This document shows, piece after piece, positions 32,701 through 47,866 of a stretch of 64,000 bases of DNA (position 1 is the stretch's first letter; each line of letters opens with the position of its first letter). The notes under the pieces were generated by a model. It made no database searches and was not told the DNA's origin. It was given only the letters and a program-made list of their open reading frames with translations. A program made the position numbers and the translations under genes. This DNA comes from the human T2T-CHM13v2.0 reference genome, Homo sapiens: assembly GCF_009914755.1 (NCBI RefSeq), contig NC_060936.1; one strand, given 5' to 3'.

Positions 32701-33513
32701 ACTTATTTATTTCTGCCTTAATTTCGTTATTTACCCAGTAGTCATTCAGGAGCTGGTTGTTCAGTTTCCATATAGTTGTATGGTTTTGAGTGAGTTTCTT
32801 AATCCTCAGTTCTAATTTGATTGCACTGTAGTCTGACAGATTGTTTGTTATGATTTCCATTCTTTTACATTTGCTGAGGAATGTTTTACTTCCAATTATG
32901 TGATCAATTTTAGAATAAGTTTGATGTGGTACTGAGAAGAATGTATATTCTGTTGATTTGGGATGGAGAGTTCTGTAGATGTCTATTAGGTTCACTTGGT
33001 CCAGAGCTGGATTCAAGTCCTGAATATACTTGTTAATTTTCTGTCTTGTTGATCTGTCTAATATTGACAGTAGGGTGCTAAAGTCTCCCACTATTATTGT
33101 TTGGGAATCTAAGTCTCTTTGTAGGTCTCTAAGAACTTGCTTAGTTAATCTGGGTGCTCCTGTATTGGGTGCATATATATTTAGGATAGTTAGCTTTTCT
33201 TGTTGCATTGATCCTTTTACCATTATGTACTGCCATTGTCTTTTTTGATCTATGTTGGTTTAAAGTCTGTTTTGTCAGAGACTAGGATTGCAACCCCTGC
33301 TTTTTCCTGCTTTCCATTTGCTTGGTAAATATTCCTGCATCCCTTTATTTTGAGCCTATGTGTGTCTTTGCAAATGAGATGGATCTCCTGAATAAAGCAC
33401 ACTGATGGGTCTTGACTCTTTATCCAATCTGCCAGTCTGTGTCTTTTAACTGGGGCATTTAGTCCACTTACATTTAAGGTTAATATTGTTATGTGTGAAT
33501 TGGATCCTGTCAT
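29711..33513 (-). pseudogene. L1 ORF2p, multiply disrupted
   Basis: [42 protein letters not shown], terminal FSLISGS. Confidence 0.93.
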
Positions 33514-33576
33514 TATGATGCTAGCTGGTTACTTTCCCCGTTAGTTGATGCAGTTTCTTCATAGTGTTGATGGTCT

Positions 33577-34615
33577 TTACAATTTGGTATGTTTTTGCAG
33601 TGGCTGGTACCGGTTTTTCTTTTCCATATTTAGTGCTTCCTTCAGGAGCTCTTGTAAGGCAGTCCTGGTGGTGACAAAATCTCTCAGCATTTGCTTATCT
33701 GTAAGGGTTTTATTTCTTCTTCGCTTATGAAGCTTAGTTTGGCTGGATATGAAATTCTGGGTTGAAAATTCTTTTCTTTACAGATGTTGAATATTGGCTC
33801 CCACTCTCCTCTGGCTTGCAGGTTTCTGCCAAGAGATCCACTGTTAGTCTGATGGGCATCCCTTTGTTGGTAACTTGGCCTTTCTCTCTGGCTGTCCTTA
33901 ACATGTTTGCCTTCATTTCAACCTTGGTAAACCTGACGATTATGTGTCTTGGGGTTGCTCTTCTCAAGGAGTATCTTTGTGGTGTTCTCTGTATTTCCTG
34001 AATTTGAATGCTGGCCTGTCTTGCTAGGTTGGAGAAGTTCTCCTGGATAATATCCTGAAGAGTGTTTTCCAACTTGGTTCCATTCTCCCTGTCACTTTCA
34101 GGTACATGAATCAAACATAGGTTTGGTCTTTTCACATAGTCCCATATTTCCTGGAGGCTATGTTCATTTATTTTCATTCTTTTTTCTCTAATCTTGTCTT
34201 CATGCTTTATTTCATTAAGTTGATCTTGAATCTCTGATATCCTTTCTTTTGCTTGATCAATTTGGCTATTGATACTTGTGTATGCTTCACGAAGTTCTCG
34301 TGCTGTGTTTTGCAGCTCCATCAGGTCATTTATGTTCTTCTCTAAACTGGTTATTCTAGTTAGCAATTCCTCTAACCTTTTTTCAAGGTTCTTAGCTTCT
34401 TTGCATTGGGTTAGAACATGCTCCTTTAGCTCGGACGCATTTGTTATTATCCACCTTCTGAAGCCTACTTCTGTCAATTTATCAAACTCATTCTCCATCC
34501 AGTTTTGTTCCCTTGCTGGTGAGGAGTTGTGATCCTTTGGAGGAGAAGAGGTGTTCTGGTTTTTGGAATTTTCAAACTTTTTGTGCTGCTTTTTTTTTTT
34601 TTCCTGCATCTTCAT
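33577..34615 (-). pseudogene. L1 ORF1p, frameshifted near the C-terminus
   Basis: 293-aa ORF with ENEFDKLTEVGFRRW...RATPRHIIVRF. Confidence 0.93.
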
Positions 34616-36154
34616 GGATTTATCTACCTTTGATCTTTGATGTTGGTGACCTTCAGATGGGGTTTCTGTGTGGACGTCCTTTTTGTTGATCTTGATCCTA
34701 TTCCTTTCTGTTTGTTAGTTTTCCTCCTAACTGTCAGGGCCCTCTGCTGAAGGTCTGCTGGAGTTTGCTGGAGGTACACTCCCGACCCTGTTTGCCTGGG
34801 TATCATCAGCGAAGGCTGCAAAAGAGCAAAGATTGCTGCCTGTTCCTTCCTCTGAAAGCTTCATCCCAGAGTGGCACCTGCCAGATGCCAGCTGGAGCTC
34901 TCCTGTATGTGGTGTCTGTTGACCCCTGCTTGGAGGTGTCTCCCAGTCAAAAGGCACGGGGGTCAGGAACCCACTTGATGAGGCAGTCTGTCCCTTAGCA
35001 GAGCTTGAGCACTCTCCTGGGAGATCTGCTGCTCTCTTCATAGCCAGCAGGCAGGAAAGTTTAAGTCTGCTGAAGCTGGGCCCACAGCCGCCCCTTCCTC
35101 CAGGTGCTCTGTCCCAGGAGATGGGAGTTTTATCTATAAGCCCCTGACTGGGGCATCTGCCTTTCTTTCAGAGATGCCCTGCCAAGAGAGGAAGAATCTA
35201 GAAAGGCAGTCTGGCTACAGGGGCTTTGTGAAGCTGCAGTGGGCTCCACCCTGTTCGAACTTCCCAGTGGCTTTGTTTACACTGTGAGGGGAAAACGGCC
35301 TACTCAAGCCTCAGTAATGGCAGACGCCCCTCCCCCTACCAAGCTCCAGTGTCCCAGGTCGACTTCAGACTGCTGTGCTGGCAGCAAGAATTTCAAGCCA
35401 GTGGATCTTAGCTTGCTGGGCTCCATGGGGGTGGGATCTCCTGAGCTAGACCACTTGGTTCCCTTGTTTCAGCCCCCTTTCCAGGGGAGTGAATGGTTCT
35501 GTCTCGCTGGCGTTGCAGGCACCACTGGGGTATTTAAAAAACTGCAGCTAGCTTGGTGTCTGCCCCAACAGCTGCCCAGTTTTGGGCTTGAAACCCAGGG
35601 CCCTGGTGGTGTAGGCACCCGAGGGAATCTCCAGTTCTACGGGTTGTGAAGACTGTGGAAAAAGCACAGTATCTGGGCTGGAATGTGCCGTTCCTCACAG
35701 CACAGTCCACCAGGCTACCCTTGGCTAGGGGAGGGAGTTCCTGGATCCCTTCCACTTCCCTGGTGAGGTGACACTCCACCCTGCTTCTGCTTGCCCTCCA
35801 TGGGCCGCACCCATTGTCTAACCAGTCCCAGTGAGATGACCTGTGTACCTCAGATGAAAATGCAGAAATCACCTGCCTTCTCTGTTGATCTTGCTGGGAG
35901 CTGCAGACCGGAGTTGTTCCTATTCGGCCATCTTGCCAGCCCATCGAAGTTTCTCATTTTAAAACGTGAATTTGATACTATTGGTGATGGAAATGACATA
36001 TTTTTGTCCTTAATATTTATTACGTATATTAAAGAAAATGCAATGTGTCTATAATGGGTTAAGTAATTTATATAAAATTTTCTCTAATACTCAAAACAAC
36101 CCCCAAAGGAATATATTTATTTAAATATATATATTTGACTATATATTGATTACA

Positions 36155-36218
36155 TGTATATATACCCATTATATATATGTACATATATACACACATATAT
36201 ACATATTGATCGTGTAGC

Positions 36219-36258
<40 letters not shown>

Positions 36259-36270
36259 TACATACACACA
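36155..36270. repeat. Compound (TA)n/(CA)n microsatellite within a MIR
   Basis: Direct inspection; MIR core tacagatgaggaaactga follows. Confidence 0.9.
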
Positions 36271-37879
36271 CCCCATCAATGTGTGCCTGAAACTAGTATT
36301 CAAGCTTTCAAATTACAGATGAGGAAACTGAATGAATTGATGTTACTTGCTGAGGTTTACTCAGGAAGTGAATTGAAGAGCTGGACTTGAACCTAGGACT
36401 TTCTGCCTCCAAAACCCATGTCCTTATCAGCCTTCCCTTGAATAAAGAAAAAGTTCAAAGTCTCAATGACTTTTTATGTTTCTACTCTAATTTTATGCAA
36501 AAAGAAAATAATGAGCCGTTGTCATGATCAGAGGTTTTAGGTGGTCTTAGTTAAGCAGCTTTCCCAAAGCGACTTATCCCCTTCCATTTACTTCACATCG
36601 AAGAGGAATCTTCAACACATCTCAAGCAGTTTATTCTGGCAGCACTCTAACCAGAGGATAGCAGATGCAGGCCAGTATCATGGGCCTCATACAGTCAGGG
36701 GGCAGATGACTGACAGACAAGTAGGGTCTTCATCCAGAGACCATTCTCAGAGTTTGGGGGGATCCTTCTTCCTCTCTTATACCTGTATGCAATTCAGGTC
36801 AGTTACCAGATGTTTCTTTCATAAAGGGAGATTAAGTTATTCTTGTAAGGGTAAACTTTGTTCTAAGGATTGTGAAAGTTGCATCTGTGCCAAGGTGACC
36901 TTGTCTCTGGGAAATCCCTGGGCCAGGGTTGGAAATCCCTAGGCCAGGTTGTATCATACTTCTAAGTGACATATAGTGTTGACCCTGTGAGTTGCTTGAA
37001 TGGGCCTTATGACTATCATTGATCTTATAGTCATGATATATATCTTACAGTAAACCACAGCCATTCATATATAAATTTTAAATTTATTTTACTATAGGAG
37101 TCATGAAATTTTATAGCGAATTAGAAAAGGTCATGGAACCTCAACATTCAGAGCCAAATTCTATTCTCCAATCATTGGCCAAAGATCATTCCTAGTCTGT
37201 ATTATATATAGGATACACTTTCTTCCTCTGTGAACTCGAAATCCTATTAATAACCATGCCAATTCCTTTCCCTCTCCCAGTAGCTACAGCTTCAATAGAA
37301 AAATTCCAGACAGTTGTCTGCACAAGTTCAAGGTCCAAGAGCCTGGGATGATTCATGAAGCATTCAATCACAGTTTCCACAACAGGCCATTATCTGTGTT
37401 CCTTTCAATGAGCCACAGGAATAAGAATTGAGGAATCTCATTTGGAAGAATGGCATTAAATAACCCTTCAAAACATTTTGTATGCAATCACCATTATCCT
37501 AAATTCTAGAAACATAGAATAAGTAAAAAAGATGCTTTTCTCATTATCTCTATAGAGGCCATTTGTGCTGTATGATCATTTCATAAGAGTACACATTGCA
37601 AATGCATTTAACTACTGCTATCGCTCCTCCATTTTGTGACGGCAGCTGAACTCTGCTCATACTGACATCCTTCAGGTGCTTACAGCCTCTCTAGTTGTTT
37701 GGACCTGTCCATACAATTTATTGTAGAGTTTTATCTCTGCCCTCGAGTTACTGCTACCAGTGAGAATAGCTGAAAATTTTGGCTCAAAAACATGGCAACA
37801 ACATCATCCTTGACTCTGAAGAGCAAACAAAAATAACAGGGATTGGCCAGTCTATTGAATGACAGAAATCTGACTGTGA

Positions 37880-38236
<357 letters not shown>

Positions 38237-39101
38237 TGACAGGCATTTGCCTCTAGGACACAGCAGAAAACAAAACAGAAAAACCATCTTTACCCTCATG
38301 GAGCTTATATTCTAGAGGTCACTAAATGTGTTCATTAAAAAACAAAAAAAGTTCCCCAGCTCTGACACTTACAAGCTATAATTGCTTGTAAGTTACCTAA
38401 GCTTTAAATTACATAAAGTCTCATCTTCCTCCTCTGGGGTATAATTATACCTAGAGTGGTTATAAAAATAAAAATAGGTAATATAGTAAGCCCTTGAGAT
38501 AACTGCGATTTATTATTATTATCATTATTATTACATTGCTGTTTACACCTATTTTCAATAACCTTATGCACATTAGTTTAAAAAGTACATTTTCTATACT
38601 CTCAACCTAATCAGTCAGATGTCCAGTGTGATTCTCTCTTGTAGTTTCTATATTATATCCACAAAATTCTAACTGCATTCCTTCATATTGTCTATGCTCA
38701 ATCACACTGTGTTTTTAAAATTTTAAGTCCCAATTCACTTAAAATGGATCAGGGATGTCCTCTCAATCCAATTTGTGTAGCCGAGAGTTAATTTCCCTCT
38801 GCAAATTGGGTGCCACCAGAGAAAAATATTGATATGTGGGTGACTCATGGAGATGGAAACAGTCACAAGGATCAACAGGGTTAGGGAAGCTCTTGCAGAC
38901 AGAGAGTTGCATGCATTGCAAAGCAGGATACTAACGAACGAATTGGCTCAGAAACATTGACTCTGTCACTTCTACTGTTTGAGGGAGATAAACGGAAAAG
39001 AGAAGCCAATAGAAAAAATGCTTGTTTAAAACACTATGCAGGTTGGTGGTGGGGGTGGGGGAGGCAGTAGGGAAGCAAGACATGTGGCCCTTGTTGCTTC
39101 T

Positions 39102-39395
<294 letters not shown>

Positions 39396-41864
39396 TGTTG
39401 CTTCTAAATTACTGTGAAAATAAATCTCTATTGCATGGTTATTTTTGAGTGAGAAGCCTATAAGAATAATACTTAAAAAATTTTTTTTCTTCCAAAAGTG
39501 GAGAAAGGAAGACCTACCTGCCAGGGTTAGTAGGAAGAAAATTGGAAAATTTATGTAGGACACTCAACATGATGGCTAGGAGGTAGTAGGTTACTAATCG
39601 AAGATGTTCCTGTACTTCCCCTACCTTGAAATCATTGAGTATGATCCTCATGATGTAAAAAAATAATCAAATAAAAGTAAAAATAGGCTATCTTTAAAAT
39701 AAACTAACATTGGGGGAAAAGAAGGTGAATGAACACAGAAACAAAATTAATCTCTGGGTGGTGGGATTATAGGTATATTTAGTTCATCCTTCAATTTGAG
39801 AAGGAACATAAGGTAGTGGTTTGACTCATGGCTTTTCTTGGAATTGAATCTTGGTTCTGAAACCAACTGTGTGACTTTGGACAAGTTCTACAACCTCTCT
39901 GTAATTGAAGATGGTAATAATACTTATTTGCTTACTAGGAAATTAGTTTACATGTGAGAGGCACATATTAAGCACTATATAAGTGTTTCCAAATCTGTAA
40001 TAATGGACTGTGCACTCTTATAATGGGAAGGAATAAACCTTCTTTGATAAAATTTAAAAAGTATTACCCTGAATTTGGTAAGTTTTTCCTATGCCAGACC
40101 CTGTTCTAAGCATTTTATATGGGCCAACTAACTCTCATAACAATCCTGGCAGACAGGTACTATTATCATCAGAGGTGGAAACACTCAGAGGGCAGCTGTC
40201 ATCCATGTAGTTTCTGCAGCCTCACTGCGACACAGGGGTGCAATTCTGCTCATCCCTAGGAGACTCCCCTACTTTGCCAGGCTCTACAGAGAGCATACCT
40301 TGACTCTCATTTGCCCAGAGCCTGAGCTGCTCAAGCGGAATGCGGATAAAGTGGACTGGCTTCGTCTTCTTGTCCTTTAGTCTTCTGGCAACTCCTTAGG
40401 GACCCAGTATACATACTCCTTTTACACATCCTCTTATCAAAACTAACTCTCATTTCAGGTTTTTTATGTAGGGAAAGGGAACGGGTTGATGGTCAAAAGA
40501 CTTGGTTTGAGTTCTTTATCTTAAATGCTATGTAACTTTAAATAAGTTACTTGATTACAGTCTTAAATTCATATATAAAATTCAGTCCATTGAGAGTTTC
40601 TGAGAATTTTTTTCAGAGACAGGAAGAGAGAGAGGGAGACCGTTATCCATTAAGATGCCAAATGCTTGTTTGTGAAAACTTAAAAGAGGATGATGGTTAA
40701 AACGCCAACATCTGCTATAGACTTTTGTGCTAGACTTGAAGTGACAAAGATCACTGTGAACTAACCACCTCTCCCCAACTTCCCCACCCCTCCCCATGGT
40801 GCTATTATAGAGCAATATAGGAAAACATACTTCTGAAGGTCACAAGCGATTCTGAAATTCAAGGTTAGATTGTTTGTCCTGTTTGATTTCCTATAGTTGC
40901 ATGGTGCAATGATTTTCATTAGGCATCGTCTCCAGTGATTTAAAACTCAATAAAAGCCCGCAGTTGAAATTTTCAATGTCTTCTGCATATTTGCTGCTAC
41001 TAAGGAGTAAGAGGAGAGAAAGGGAAGATACCTACAAGGTGATGTTTGTTTGCTTTCACTTATTTTTATTATCCAGAATAATCCCAATTTGAGTCTTCAG
41101 CCAGAGTACTATCAAATGCTATTAAAAATGCTCACAACATTTCTTCTCTGCTTTTTCAGAAATAGCCAATTTTGACACTACTTAGAGCAATATTAGTGTT
41201 TTCAGAAAAAAATGCTTCTACATAGCATACATACAATTTGGTCTACCACTTTAAAAATTACTCTAACTTATAGTTTAGGACCTGGTAAATTTATGGCATA
41301 AATTTTTTTAAAGAAAATGAATAAGAAGGCTCAGGAAAAACTCCAAATTTATTTTCACCCTAAGCGTTTTAAGCCTAAGAAAAAAAAAGGAATGCATTTG
41401 TTATTTCAACATTTTACAGACTTATTTGCCTTGCAGGTTGCTAGTAGTTATGTGCGTGAAGAAACCATTTATCATCCATTTCTTTTCCATAAGATCTTTT
41501 ATGAAGGCGACATTTCTAATTTTCTGGTTCAAAACATTAGCGTCAATTTGTGTAACTGTTTCCAGGGTCACCAGGTAAATATCCACTCAGTATAACAAAC
41601 AACAACAACAACAACAAAAAACTACTGTCTTTTGTTGAACAATTCACCAGACATTCTCCTGGATGAGTTGCATCTATTATTTACAAATTCACAATGACCC
41701 TGCAATGCAGATATTGTTATCCCCACTTTACAGATAAGAAAATTGAGGATTCGAGCATCTACAGATTCTTGATTGAGATCACATAGCTAGCAAGTTTCAG
41801 AGTCTGAATTACAAAAGCAGGTTGATGTTCTTTCCAATTAATCAAAGATTACCAAGCCATTTTA

Positions 41865-41935
41865 TTAGGTTGGTGCAAAAGCAATTGTGGTTTTTGCCAT
41901 TTGAAGTAATGGCAATTACTTTTGCACCAACCTAA
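41865..41935. mobile_element. MADE1 (Hsmar1-derived MITE) with 9-bp deletion
   Basis: ttaggttggtgcaaaag...cttttgcaccaacctaa flanked by TA on both sides. Confidence 0.95.
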
Positions 41936-42985
41936 TAAAAAAAAAGAGAGAGCTGTGCAGAAAAATATGATTGATATAGAAGTTCACAACACAAATTTGG
42001 TACTGCCTCCAGGTTTCTATAGTTAGAGATAGTTAGCAAAATATATCAAAAATAATTTGGGCTTTGGAATTTAGTGGACCTGGATTCAAAATGAGCTCCA
42101 CCACTTGGCAAGCACATGGCTTTGGAGAAGTTTCTTAATAGCTACAACACTACCTTATAAAATTGGCAAGATTAAATTGGGTAAATTTCATAAGTATACG
42201 GAGCTTATTACCTATACCTGGTCTGAACTTAAGAAGTGGTGTATTTCTTTAATCTACTATTTTTTTTAAAAAACAGAACATACATTTTAAATTGCCTAAA
42301 AAATAGTCAAAAGTAGTTGTCTCATGACTTAATGCCACAGTTATTATATTTATTTTGTCTTGTCACCTATCAGCATGGACATAAACCACCTTCTTATAGA
42401 GAATTTGAAGGATTTTTAAGAGGAGCTGCCTTCCCTGATGCATGTATGAGAATGAACAATTCTTTTTTTACCCCCAGGAAAATAAAGACTACTTTCCTTC
42501 TTTAGATGCACAGGTGTCTGGTAGGTGAAGACAGATTGAATGTGGGTCTGACAAAGTTTGCCATGGGGTCTAATAGGAAATGAAATGGAACTGGAACTCA
42601 ACATGATTTATCACAGTAATTTTTATAAATACCAAAATGAAAAACTTTGTAGATGTTAGAATAAAAAGGTGAATTGACTGTCTCATTAAAGATCAGTCAG
42701 TACTTTTCACAGGTCGGTTGAACTGAACCAAAAGGAAATTAAAAGGAATTGAAATACTGATGTCTGTTAGCTACTAGGTGAAGTCTGGCCAACACCCATA
42801 AATGTCATGGGGTTAGACCGAAGCTGCTTTAAATGGTGGACAAATTTGCTTTTTTCCTAAAAGATCGTGGAGAACTGTGTTTACTGGGTCCAGGAAGAAG
42901 GGGTAGTTGACTTAACACAAAGTGTTCTTGAACAAGGCTTTCAAGAGAGAGAAAGATTGGTGGGGCAGAAGGGATACACAGGCAA

Positions 42986-43126
42986 GCCCGGCTAATTTTT
43001 GCATTTTTAGTAGAGACGAGGTTTCACCGTGTTAGCCAGGATGGTCTCAATCTCCTGACCTCGTGATCCAGCTGCCTGGGCCTCCCAAAGTGCTGGGATT
43101 ACAGGTATGAGCCACCAGGCCCGGCC
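42986..43126 (-). mobile_element. AluY-like left arm only (3'-truncated)
   Basis: Left monomer plus middle A-rich linker; no right arm, tail or TSD. Confidence 0.9.
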
Positions 43127-45319
43127 CAGTGTGAGACCAAAGTGTTGTCTGCAGGGAGGGCTTTCCAGGCATGCCACTGGTCTCACCCAGGGGAAAAGCC
43201 CATGGAAAACCTGTCCTCTGCAGAATTCTCCTTTTTTTTTTTTCTCCTGACTATACTTTCTGGACAAATTGCAATATTCCATACGATGGAATTTTTAATC
43301 TCTGTTCCACAACTTTTGTCATAATTACATTTTGTAATGGCATCGTTCTCATGTGTATTCCACTGGAGTAGATTTTTGCTCATGGTTACCTTTAAGAAAC
43401 TCAATACCAGTAGGAAGTGAAATTTATCTGTGTTCTACCCAGGCATTTGTATATACAGGGTCTATGAAGCTGCATAAAGACAGGGGTCCTCACGCCAACT
43501 GCTCTTTCAGAATAATAGTGACATGTAACCCTTCCAAATGTCTTACAGTTTACAGAGGACTTTTCATATAAGCAAAAAAGAGGGAGAATTATATACAATG
43601 TATAGGGCTCTATGCTAAATGTTTCATTCAGCCCTCACCATTACAAAAATCACCATCTACATTTTTCAGTTAAGAAAAACCAAAGTTTTTAGACAGGTTC
43701 AACGGCCTGTTCAAACCACACTGTTAATAAATGCTAAATTCTGGGCAAAACCTCATTTCTTTTAAGTCTAACCTCAGACTACTAGAGAAAGATAAAATTA
43801 GAAAGGTAAATTGGGGTGGGAATATATAGGACATTGGCATCCGGCTAAGGAATTTACACCTTAAAATTTATTTTGTATGTGATAGAAAATAATTCAAGAC
43901 TATGACCAAGGAAATTGGGTGTCTTTTTTTTCTTCATTCTATTCATCCCTATCTACATTTTCTCTATGAACCAGCCATTTCATTCATTTATACTCTTCCA
44001 ATTCTACTAACTCTATTTTGTGAGTCAGCAAACAGGCTCAGGGAGGTAAGGAAGGTTGGCCATGTCTAGAGCCAGGCACAGATAAGATTAGAACTCAGAT
44101 CTCACTGACCTCATTCAAATGCAGTGGATAGCTCCACATATCCATGTACATAAATATGTTATGTCAATAAGTATTTGAATATATAAGGTCATATAAAATT
44201 TCAGCTGATTATAAATTCTACTGCGAAAAGAGAAATTTCTAAATTTTATACATTTCATGGGGAGAATATCCTAAATGCAACCACAGCCTATATAATACAA
44301 GGAAAACAGTAAAAACTGAGGAACACAAAAAATTGCTGCAATAACCAAGCCGAAGTCATGGGATGTTAAAGGTTATTGAACTTCTTCACAAATGTCTTGA
44401 AAGGAGTGACCCTGTATTGATGCTGACTAGTCATCATTTTTCTCAGCTAATATCATTGTTGCACAGAATACCATAAAGTTTAGGAACAAAGAAAATAATT
44501 CTAGAATCCTCTACAGGAAGAAAAAAGTACATTTCAAGAAGAAGTGAATTTTTTCCCACTTGTTTTTGCTTTATCATGGCACATTAATTTGATGAAAATT
44601 TCCCTTGTGGATATGAGGAATTGTTTTGACCCTACGTACTTGTATGTTTATTTTGATGATTCTAAATTTGGCAAAGCATTATTGTCACCATTGATCCTAG
44701 GGAATGATTCACCTGTTAGTGAGTCAATAGCTGCATGGGTTTATGATATCATAAGGAATATTGGCTGTCAAGTTTATTTACAGTAATTGATGATTTTTTT
44801 TAATTGTTCTGTGTTCCTGTTCCTAAAATAACTATGCAGTAAGGATCACTTCAGTGGATGAAAAAAAGGGCTGTCAAAGGGGAAAGGGCTTCAGGTTGTG
44901 TATAGTTGAGGAGAAACAGAAACAGGGCATGCCTAAAGAGCCCTTAGAATTGGTCTAGTGCTGGCAAAAGCCTAAGCATCCCTCAGGAGCCAAATGAACT
45001 GTCATCTCCTATGAGAAATGTCCCTTGCTTTTCCTGCATGAAGTGGTTCTCTCCTTCCTCTGCATCTCTATCCTTACTTGCCCTTTACTGTCTTTTACAA
45101 CAGATGACCCTCTTCCTCCTACAACAGCGTCTGAGACATAGTATGTATTCAAAAAGTATGTCAGATTACTGAGTTGGTTTATGAGACTGTTTCTACTGTT
45201 ATACTGTGAACTGCTTACATATAAGAACCGTGTGTTTTTATTGACTTTGCATCCCCAGAGCCTGGCTTTGTTCCTGAACTTTCATTCTGCTCAGCAGAAA
45301 TTTGTTGAGACCTGGTATG

Positions 45320-45540
45320 GGCAATGGTAAAAGTTTGGCGCCATCAGCAAGTGTTCAAATCCTGGCAATGCTACTGACTAGCCCTGTAACTTTGGGCAAA
45401 TTACCGACCTCCTGATGCCTCAGTTTCCTCATATAAGAGAACTTATAAGGGATAATGGAGAACTTATAAGGTAGCAATGAGGGTTAAATGAGTTTCTACA
45501 TGAAAAGTGCTTAAAACAGAGTAATATCAAGAATATTAGT
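45320..45540 (+). mobile_element. MIR
   Basis: gttcaaatcctggc...tgtaactttgggcaaatta...gcctcagtttcctcat. Confidence 0.8.
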
Positions 45541-45542
45541 GA

Positions 45543-45916
45543 TGTCAATTACCTCTAGCTGTTGTAACAAACAATCCTCAATTTCAGTGGCTGAACAAAA
45601 TGAATGTTATTTCTCCATTGAAAATGGTTCTTGCCAGATGGCTGTTCTCCAGGTAGTCACTTAAGGACCTAGTTCTTTCTATCTTGTAATGCCATCATCT
45701 TTAATGTATGATATCCAAGATTCCATGGATGAGGAAAAGAGAGAAAAATTACATCTGGAAGATTTTCTTAGAGGCCAGGCTGGGTAATGGCAAGTGTCAC
45801 TTACCCTCCGAACACATCATAGAACCCCACCTAGAAAAAAGAGGACTGGCACACATATTACGTGTGCTGACATAACATGAGCCAAACTGGTGAATGCATA
45901 GCATTCTGTCTGCACT
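45543..45916 (-). mobile_element. Old MaLR LTR (MLT1J/K/L-like)
   Basis: ctagctgttgtaacaaacaatcctcaatttcagtggctgaacaa... Confidence 0.6.
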
Positions 45917-46214
45917 ATTAAGGGTTAAACAGATGTTAGCTTTATATATAGGATCAAAAGCTCTACAAACATAAATAGGTATAGTTAGCTGCATAGTTTA
46001 GTTTCAATTGCTTAAGTACTACTGTTTTAATTTTAAATTAAATCATTTTCTGCACATCTTTCTGTGTAATTCTGGCACCAGTCCACTGTTCTTGATGCTA
46101 CCAACCCATCTGGACCTTTAAATGAGGAATCACAAAGGCCTCCAAAGGTAAGGCAGGTGACATAAATGAGCCAATGCAGTGGGGATGGGTGGGGACTGCA
46201 GGGTCCTGGGAAGC

Positions 46215-46420
46215 AGCCCCTGCCCTGCAAAAAGAGCAGCTGCTCATCCAGATGCCATGATGGTCATCAGCAGGAACACCATTCTAAACTTACTTGAGTC
46301 CTGAAATGTATCAAGAAAAGCCAGAAGTCAGGATTCTTATGGGAAGTCTCCCAGATTTAAAATGTTGACAACTATTTCCAGTGTTTTAAAAAACACTGAT
46401 TGGGTAAAATATTTGTTTGC
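46215..46420. mobile_element. MER103-like hAT fragment
   Basis: tcaagaaaagccagaagtcaggattcttatgggaagtctcccagatttaaaatgttgacaacta. Confidence 0.6.
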
Positions 46421-47026
46421 CAAAGAAAACAAAGTCTTTTCAAAGAAATGTTAAAGTAACATATTGGACATTTTATCTTAAAATAACCTGTGAAGGTAAT
46501 ATGTTGATGACAGATAAGACAGTAATAAGACAATGCTTGAGAAAACAGTGTGAAAGCAAGACCATGACATGCATAAAGAAGGTAGTCAAAGGGTGGAACC
46601 TTGTTTTATGAGTTGCCTCCTTCACCAGACAGAGAGAGTATGGGCTTATTCTGTCACCAAGCCCTGTGTGTGTTCTCCCAAATAAAGGACATGGCCCCTA
46701 TTCCTTGATGGTGGTGAAGCGCATCAATTCTGGAACCAGTCTAACTAGGCTTAAAGACCAATGCTATAACGTAACCAGCTGTTATCCCAGTCTTCCTGTT
46801 TGTAAACTGAGGCTTTAAGTAGTATCCATCTCAAAGGATTGCTGAGTGATTGCAATGAGCTAATACATGTGAAATATTTGGAGCATGGCTCATGTGTAGT
46901 AAGTTTTCAGTAAATGTTAGCCATTACCTTATTATTACCTCTGACTTGCAAGCTGAATTTGACCTGTGAGCCTCCAGGTTGCAGTTTAAACCTTGGCAAC
47001 TGAAACTCAACTCAGAAAGCACTTAG

Positions 47027-47866
<840 letters not shown>

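Larger units (their letters stand above)
29470..35946 (-). mobile_element. Full-length LINE-1 (L1PA7/8-like)
   Basis: 5' end ggctggcaagatggccgaatagg (minus strand), intact 5'UTR, ORF1, ORF2, 3'UTR and degenerate A-tail; approximate TSD aactttctcttt/aagtttctcatt. Confidence 0.96.

Noticed and set aside
33734-34615. 293-aa ORF as an intact or domesticated ORF1p
   Set aside because: It frameshifts before the C-terminal domain and sits in an ordinary decayed L1
40695-40715. CTCF-like motif
   Set aside because: Poor match to the core consensus
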